Positions 9,320 to 13,294 of a stretch of DNA of 13,294 nt are shown in pieces. The notes beneath the pieces were generated by a model. The model made no database searches. It was not told the DNA's origin and was given only the letters and a program-made list of their open reading frames with translations. The translations under genes and the position numbers were made by a program. The DNA comes from a bacterium (GTDB lineage: Bacteria > CALINM01), in assembly GCA_041640455.1 (NCBI GenBank), contig JBEQAF010000060.1, forward strand, positions 1-13,294, given 5' to 3'. Numbering within the stretch: the stretch's first letter is position 1; every line of letters begins with the position of its first letter.

Positions 9320-9853
9320 TCACTTTTTCCAGACAATATGACAATTCATATTGAATTTTTCATATATTTTTAAAATTTCTGTACAAAATTTTTTCAACTC
9401 TTCGTTCCCTTCACTTTTAGCTAACTCATAAAGACGAATAAACATTTTCTTTCCAGTCTCAGTTTGATTTAACGTTTTCTTAATAAAGTTATGTTGTGCG
9501 CATAATGTCTGTCCATTCTCAATTGTAGATTCCCCTCCTAAATATTTTGGCTTAATATGGTCTACATGTAATTCAACACCATCTTTTATTCCCTTACCAC
9601 AAATTACACATTTAAAACCATCTCTCTTCTTTTGTGTAAATTCTAAATAATCTTCATAGGATAAGTTATCAGTGTGAGATGTGGAATTAACGTCAACGTT
9701 GTAAGGTGGAGAGGTAACAATTAAATCTATGGAGTTTGATGGAATAGCAGAAATGTTTAAAATATCATCATTATAAATGACAATATTATTTTGCCTGAAA
9801 TAAGGTTTAACATTTTCTGTACTTTCGTTTATTGAGTTTTGTTTTGAAGTCAT
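9320..9853 (-). pseudogene. In-frame chimera: N-terminal fragment of a beta-class amino-MTase fused to an HNH endonuclease C-terminal part (deleted type II R-M relic; ORF still open)
   Basis: aa 1-75 include IYNDDIL...SIDLIVTSPPYNV...DNLSYEDYLEFTQK (motif IV SPPY), with no FxGxG motif I or TRD. aa 76-177 include KRDGFKCVICG...LHVDHIKP..GG..TIENGQTLCAQHN (HNH with CxxC/CxxH). Junction ~9626-9631. Confidence 0.8.
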
Positions 9854-9868
9854 AGTATTTTGGATGGA

Positions 9869-9998
9869 TTAAATAATTAAGTCTTCAATATCATCTCCAG
9901 ACGCCTTTGAGATTTTTGACATCACTTATAGAATTCTCATCTTAGAATCGAACTTAATTTTTTAAAGCCCTCTCACTTATTTGATATTGTTTTCTCAT
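9869..9998 (-). pseudogene. Degenerate XRE/controller-like HTH gene remnant
   Basis: 9922..9869 reads MSKISKASGDDIEDLII*, resembling the C-terminus of the intact XRE here (IEKIAKAHGVSIDELLKK). 9998.. reads MRKQYQISERALKN*. It sits between the promoter and the MTase fragment, the same position as the intact XRE. Confidence 0.55.
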
Positions 9999-10028
9999 GT
10001 TATAAATTCAAAAGCTTGATTGTAGGTT

Positions 10029-10057
10029 ATTATAGTATTAACAATACCAGCTTTCAA
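10029..10057 (-). promoter_or_regulatory. Near-consensus sigma70 promoter with operator palindrome in the spacer
   Basis: Minus strand TTGAAA-N17-TATAAT. The spacer contains the palindrome GTATT-GTT-AATAC (10035..10047). Confidence 0.8.
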
Positions 10058-10233
10058 TATAATAATGATACTAAATTAAAATCAAGTAGTGAAAAGGAAA
10101 GCTCGCCCGAATATCTAATCTTACGTGGCATAAATAAAGATAAAATAACTTTTAATCTCACTGGTGAGCAAAAATTAGACAATTTTTAAAACTAACTTTA
10201 AAATATGGAAAAAATCCGGAAGCATTTTTTTAA

Positions 10234-10323
10234 CCCGCTGCAGACAGGCGGGCAGTAACTCTACCAAAAATTTTGACTGGCTGGCAAAAATTCCTTTCCC
10301 CAACATACTTCCTTTTTGCCTGT
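10234..10323. other. Structured non-coding element (multiple inverted repeats) between the two cassettes
   Basis: CCCGCTG/CAGGCGGG hairpin (10234..10252), CAAAA-A-TTTTG (10265..10275), and a perfect GGCAAAAA/TTTTTGCC repeat (10283..10290 / 10313..10320) around a 22-nt pyrimidine-rich loop. Locally GC-richer than its flanks. Confidence 0.6.
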
Positions 10324-10344
10324 TTCGTAGACGATCCGCTGATT

Positions 10345-10633
10345 TAAATTATCTCTTTATAATTGCTTTTTAATAATTTTCATGTTTCGCTAAAAACACC
10401 TACTTCGCATCCTTTAGTTGCTTCGAGTGCGTTATTAATATTGATTTTGTTTACAGCAAGATAACTAACCTTCTTTGATTTTACTGCTTGCCCGATTCCT
10501 TGAGCCAAACTAGATTTTTTCGTCTCAACTTCAATTACTTTATCATGCGTAACTAAATCAATACCCTTTTGAGATTTATAGTCGGTATTAATTTTTTTGT
10601 TAATTTCTTGGCGATTTTATTGTGTTTGCTCAT
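10345..10633 (-). pseudogene. Frameshifted small (~95 aa) protein with a minimal PD-(D/E)XK-like motif
   Basis: ATG 7 nt after the REase stop gives MSKHNKIAKKLTKK. After a frameshift near the A7 run (10592..10598) it continues NTDYKSQKGIDLVTHDKVIEVETKKSSLAQGIGQAVKSKKVSYLAVNKININNALEATKGCEVGVFSET* (TGA 10382..10380). The 3' limit is approximate. Confidence 0.6.
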
Positions 10634-10640
10634 AATGTTT

Positions 10641-11501
10641 TCAATAATTATTTAACAAAGACCTTAAAAGTTTTGAAAGCTCTCTATATGGGTTAGTTAG
10701 TTGATTCTCAAAATAATTTAAGACTAATTTTAACGTTTCTCCATTCCTGAATACTGCCTTAATAATTCCCTCTGTCCACAATTTTTCATTCTCTAATAAC
10801 TTTCGCCAATGTCTAATCGGCAATTCTTTAATTTCTTCAAAACTTTCTTCTGGCGTTTTATCAAAATCAATTTCCGGAATTTCCGGCAAACTATTCTTCC
10901 ATTGTTTCAACCAAAAAAGAATTTGTTCCCATAAGTCAGGCTTGCCGAGATAATCAAACAATTCTTTTCCGTAGAGTAAATGAGTTTTTACTCCGTAAAA
11001 CTCGCTAAATCTTTTTAATTCTGGTAAATAATAATTTTTATTCTTTGAAAGATCGGGGTCTATAAAATACATAATTCCAACCAGCTTGTCTTTGTGTTTT
11101 TTGTACAAAGTTTCTAATTTTGTTTCAAAATTAGAAATCTGACCTCGTTTCTTAGTGGAATCATGGTCATCTCTAACTTTCTGCTCAATAAAATAGTAAA
11201 TTCCCTTACCTTCATAATATTGGTCTAATGATAAAGAATCGCCATTTTCGCCAACAATTGATTTATTGAGAATTGAAAAATTAAGTTCTCTTAAAATTTC
11301 TTCAATCAATTCTTCAAAAGCATCGCCAAATCTAATTTCGTGGGATTGCAAGATATGCTGAAGAATTTTAGCACTCGGTTTAGTTGGTCTAAATAAACCA
11401 ATAAAGCGTTCCGGTCTTTCAGCGATATTTTTTAATAATTCTCTCTTTTCGCCTTCAAAAATATGTTTATTTAGAATTGAACAAAATTTTTCGTAGTCCA
11501 T
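10641..11501 (-). CDS. Type II restriction endonuclease, HpyAIV-like (probably GANTC)
   Basis: PERFIGLFRPTKP, QSHEIRFGDAFE, and the PD-(D/E)XK core LDQ...FIEQKVRDDHDSTKKRGQ, plus YFIDPDLSKNKNYY. Starts 2 nt after the MTase stop. Confidence 0.85.
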   Translation of the reverse strand: MDYEKFCSILNKHIFEGEKRELLKNIAERPERFIGLFRPTKPSAKILQHILQSHEIRFGDAFEELIEEILRELNFSILNKSIVGENGDSLSLDQYYEGKGIYYFIEQKVRDDHDSTKKRGQISNFETKLETLYKKHKDKLVGIMYFIDPDLSKNKNYYLPELKRFSEFYGVKTHLLYGKELFDYLGKPDLWEQILFWLKQWKNSLPEIPEIDFDKTPEESFEEIKELPIRHWRKLLENEKLWTEGIIKAVFRNGETLKLVLNYFENQLTNPYRELSKLLRSLLNNY

Positions 11502-11503
11502 AT

Positions 11504-12391
11504 TTAGAATAAAGAATTAAATTTTAGATTAAATCTATTTTCAATAGCATTAACATAATCTTTATTAGCTTCAATTAATATAAATTGACGATTTAGTTTT
11601 TTAGCCACGTAACCAGTTGTTCCAGTCCCAGCCATCGGGTCAAAAATAATATCATCTTCTTTAGTAGAAGTTAAAATTACTCTTCTTAATAATTCTTCTG
11701 GTTTCTGTGTTGAATGTATTTTTTCTCTCTTTTCATTTCTTAATCTCTCTTGTCCTGAACAAAGCGGTATTTGCCAAACGTTTATTCCTAATTTCCCACC
11801 ATTAAAACTTTTTGCCAATTCTTTATTAAACGTATATTTTTTAGCTTTCTTATCTTTCACAGCCCAAAGTAAAGTTTCAGTGGCATTTGTAAATCTAACA
11901 CCTAAAAAATTAGGCATCGGATTAGTTTTGAACCATATAACATCATTTAAAATCCAGAACCCTAAATCTAACATTATTTTCCCAATTCTATGAATATTGT
12001 GATATGTGCCAATTACCCAGATTGTAGCATTTGGCTTCATCAATCTTTTAATTTCTGTCAGATAATTTTTTGTGAAATTATCATAATCATCAAAATCTCT
12101 AAATACATCCCATTGGTCATTTACACCATTTACTACACTTCCAGTCCATCTCAATAATTTTTTAGGCGGGAGTTGTAAAAAATATGGAGGGTCAACGAAA
12201 ACACAATCAACAGATTCAGTAGGCAATTTTTTCATTACTTTTAAACAATCCCCCATAATTACTTTATTCAAAACTTCATCAAGAGAATAAGTAGTGTTTT
12301 GTTCTTCGTCTACCAAAACAAAAGTTTCTTGATTTTTATTAATCATTTTTCCCTGAATATCTGAATTTAATTTTACAGTCCGATTAGCCAT
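11504..12391 (-). CDS. Beta-class N6-adenine DNA methyltransferase, CcrM/M.HinfI-like (probably GANTC)
   Basis: Motif IV DPPYFLQL precedes motif I DPMAGTGTTG (beta order). CcrM-family signatures: WVIGTYHNI, FWILNDVIWFKTNPMPNFLGVRFTNATETLLWA, CSGQERLR, HSTQKPE. Confidence 0.93.
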   Translation of the reverse strand: MANRTVKLNSDIQGKMINKNQETFVLVDEEQNTTYSLDEVLNKVIMGDCLKVMKKLPTESVDCVFVDPPYFLQLPPKKLLRWTGSVVNGVNDQWDVFRDFDDYDNFTKNYLTEIKRLMKPNATIWVIGTYHNIHRIGKIMLDLGFWILNDVIWFKTNPMPNFLGVRFTNATETLLWAVKDKKAKKYTFNKELAKSFNGGKLGINVWQIPLCSGQERLRNEKREKIHSTQKPEELLRRVILTSTKEDDIIFDPMAGTGTTGYVAKKLNRQFILIEANKDYVNAIENRFNLKFNSLF

Positions 12392-12396
12392 AATTT

Positions 12397-12615
12397 TTAT
12401 TTTTTTAATAACTCATCAATTGAAACTCCATGTGCTTTAGCAATTTTTTCTATTGTTTCAATTGTGGGATTGGGATTATTACCAGCTTCAATATTTGCAA
12501 TGGTATTAAAAGATAAATCAGCTAGTTTTGAAAGTTGATCTTGTGAAATACTACTTTCTCTCATTGATTTTTTTATGTTTTTAGCTATGTTTGATTTTGA
12601 AATATTATTTGACAT
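12397..12615 (-). CDS. XRE-family HTH transcriptional regulator (controller-like), first gene of the R-M operon; likely start ATG 12615 rather than TTG 12636
   Basis: IAKNIKK...ISQDQLSKLADLSFNTIANIEAGNNPNPTIETIEKIAKAHGVSIDELL (HTH_3). Stop is 5 nt before the MTase ATG. The TTG at 12636 falls within a predicted operator. Confidence 0.9.
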   Translation of the reverse strand: MSNNISKSNIAKNIKKSMRESSISQDQLSKLADLSFNTIANIEAGNNPNPTIETIEKIAKAHGVSIDELLKK

Positions 12616-12623
12616 ACTCTTTG

Positions 12624-12691
12624 CTTTGATATACAACGTTTAAGCTATATTGCATTCTTTATTCCGTATCTTTAATAATGATAAATCAAAA
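12624..12691. promoter_or_regulatory. Pair of imperfect palindromic operators (CTTTRAT-N8-ATYAAA) upstream of the XRE gene
   Basis: CTTTGAT-ATACAACG-TTTAAGC (12624..12645) and CTTTAAT-AATGATAA-ATCAAAA (12670..12691). The distal site overlaps a minus-strand TTGATT -35-like hexamer (12684..12689). Confidence 0.55.
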
Positions 12692-12836
12692 ATAAAATAA
12701 AAGCAAGGAAAGTAAGGGAGTAAATACCAGATAGGTATAGACATATTAACCAGTTTGATTTTATTGAAGTAAAAGGAGGTAAATGGAAGGATGCAAAGGA
12801 AACGATAAGCAGGAAAGAGGCTTTCCACAGAATACT

Positions 12837-12845
12837 TGATATAAT
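12837..12845 (+). promoter_or_regulatory. Possible extended -10 promoter upstream of the transposase
   Basis: TGATATAAT lies 63 nt upstream of the transposase ATG, with a GGAGG SD at 12896..12900. Confidence 0.35.
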
Positions 12846-12908
12846 GAAGAGACTTGGTTTCTCCTGGCAGAGGAAGGTGAGATCACTTAAAGGATGGAGG
12901 AACAGCCT

Positions 12909-13294
12909 ATGAGCGTTTTATATCATGAACTGAGGGAGATAGAAGCTACTAAGGCAAGGGAGCTGGTGCGAAAGGTTTTGGCAAAAAATGATGGCAATGT
13001 TTCAAAGACAGCCCGTATCTTGGGAATATCCCGAAACACGGTAAGAAGGGCTCGGGATGGCATCCTTCAGGATTTAAGCAGACGTCCTCACAACAGCCCT
13101 AAAAAGACAGAGCATTCATTAGAAGAGCTCATAGTCAAAGAATCTGAAAGGACAGGATTCAGATATAGAAGACTTAGATCTTATATCTGGAGAAAATACA
13201 GCATTCAGGTTTCAGAGGAGACGATTAAAGCTATTTTAAAGAGAAACAAGGTAAAGAAAAAGACCAGAAAGTCATACAATGGCAAACATATATC
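12909..13294 (+). mobile_element. IS481-like transposase, N-terminal HTH part, 3'-truncated by the window edge (not in ORF track)
   Basis: Manual translation is open to the end: MSVLYHELREIEATKARELVRKVLAKNDGNVSKTARILGISRNTVRRARDGILQDLSRRPHNSPKKTEHSLEELIVKESERTGFRYRRL...ISQ-like VSEETIKAILKRNKV. HTH plus 'DLSRRPH.SP' is typical of IS481 transposases. GGAGG RBS 8 nt upstream. Confidence 0.88.

Noticed and set aside
10091..10233. Short plus-strand frames (EKESSPEYLILRGINKDKITFNLTGEQKLDNF*; KLARISNLTWHK, faintly XRE-like)
   Set aside because: Too short, no start or RBS, and two competing readings. Cannot be supported without a homology search.
10234..10252. GC hairpin as a rho-independent terminator
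   Set aside because: No U-tract follows on either strand (minus: TTAAAAAAA; plus: CAGTAAC). Treated as part of the larger structured element.
12773..12808. Perfect SD AAGGAGGT followed by ATGs at 12783 and 12791
   Set aside because: Yields only 18-aa and 5-aa peptides with non-optimal spacing, and is explained by Lys-Gly-Gly codons in the longer frame.
12640..12828. 62-aa hydrophobic minus-strand ORF upstream of the XRE gene
   Set aside because: Its hydrophobicity comes from reading a purine-rich plus strand backwards. It runs through the predicted operators and has no SD.
1..13294. CRISPR array, tRNA/rRNA, integron integrase or canonical attC sites
   Set aside because: No regularly spaced direct repeats, cloverleaf, integrase gene or repeated RYYYAAC...GTTRRRY sites found by eye.
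1..13294. Avoidance of GANTC or TCGA sites as evidence of R-M specificity
   Set aside because: Both motifs occur repeatedly in the core genes (e.g. GAGTC near 23, TCGA near 2658 and 4931). No depletion can be claimed without genome-wide statistics.

Overview
Bacterial chromosomal DNA, low GC. The protein style suggests an anaerobe, possibly Desulfobacterota/Deltaproteobacteria-like (inference). The left ~9.3 kb is mostly core: a DUF523/DUF1722 protein running off the left edge, a minus-strand recJ-polA-purD operon, a membrane-anchored transglutaminase-like protein convergent with a conserved-looking membrane-anchored hypothetical, and a LUD/DUF1121 protein. From ~9.3 to 12.7 kb lies a more AT-rich defence islet whose genes lack Shine-Dalgarno motifs. 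It holds two tandem minus-strand cassettes with the same XRE regulator -> methyltransferase -> endonuclease layout. The right cassette looks intact: XRE, a CcrM/M.HinfI-like (probably GANTC) m6A MTase, an HpyAIV-like REase and a frameshifted small PD-(D/E)XK-like gene. The left cassette has decayed: a relic XRE and an in-frame MTase::HNH chimera, still behind a near-consensus sigma70 promoter with an operator palindrome in its spacer. A GC-richer multi-hairpin non-coding element separates the two cassettes. The window ends in the 5' part of an IS481-like transposase that the ORF track missed.
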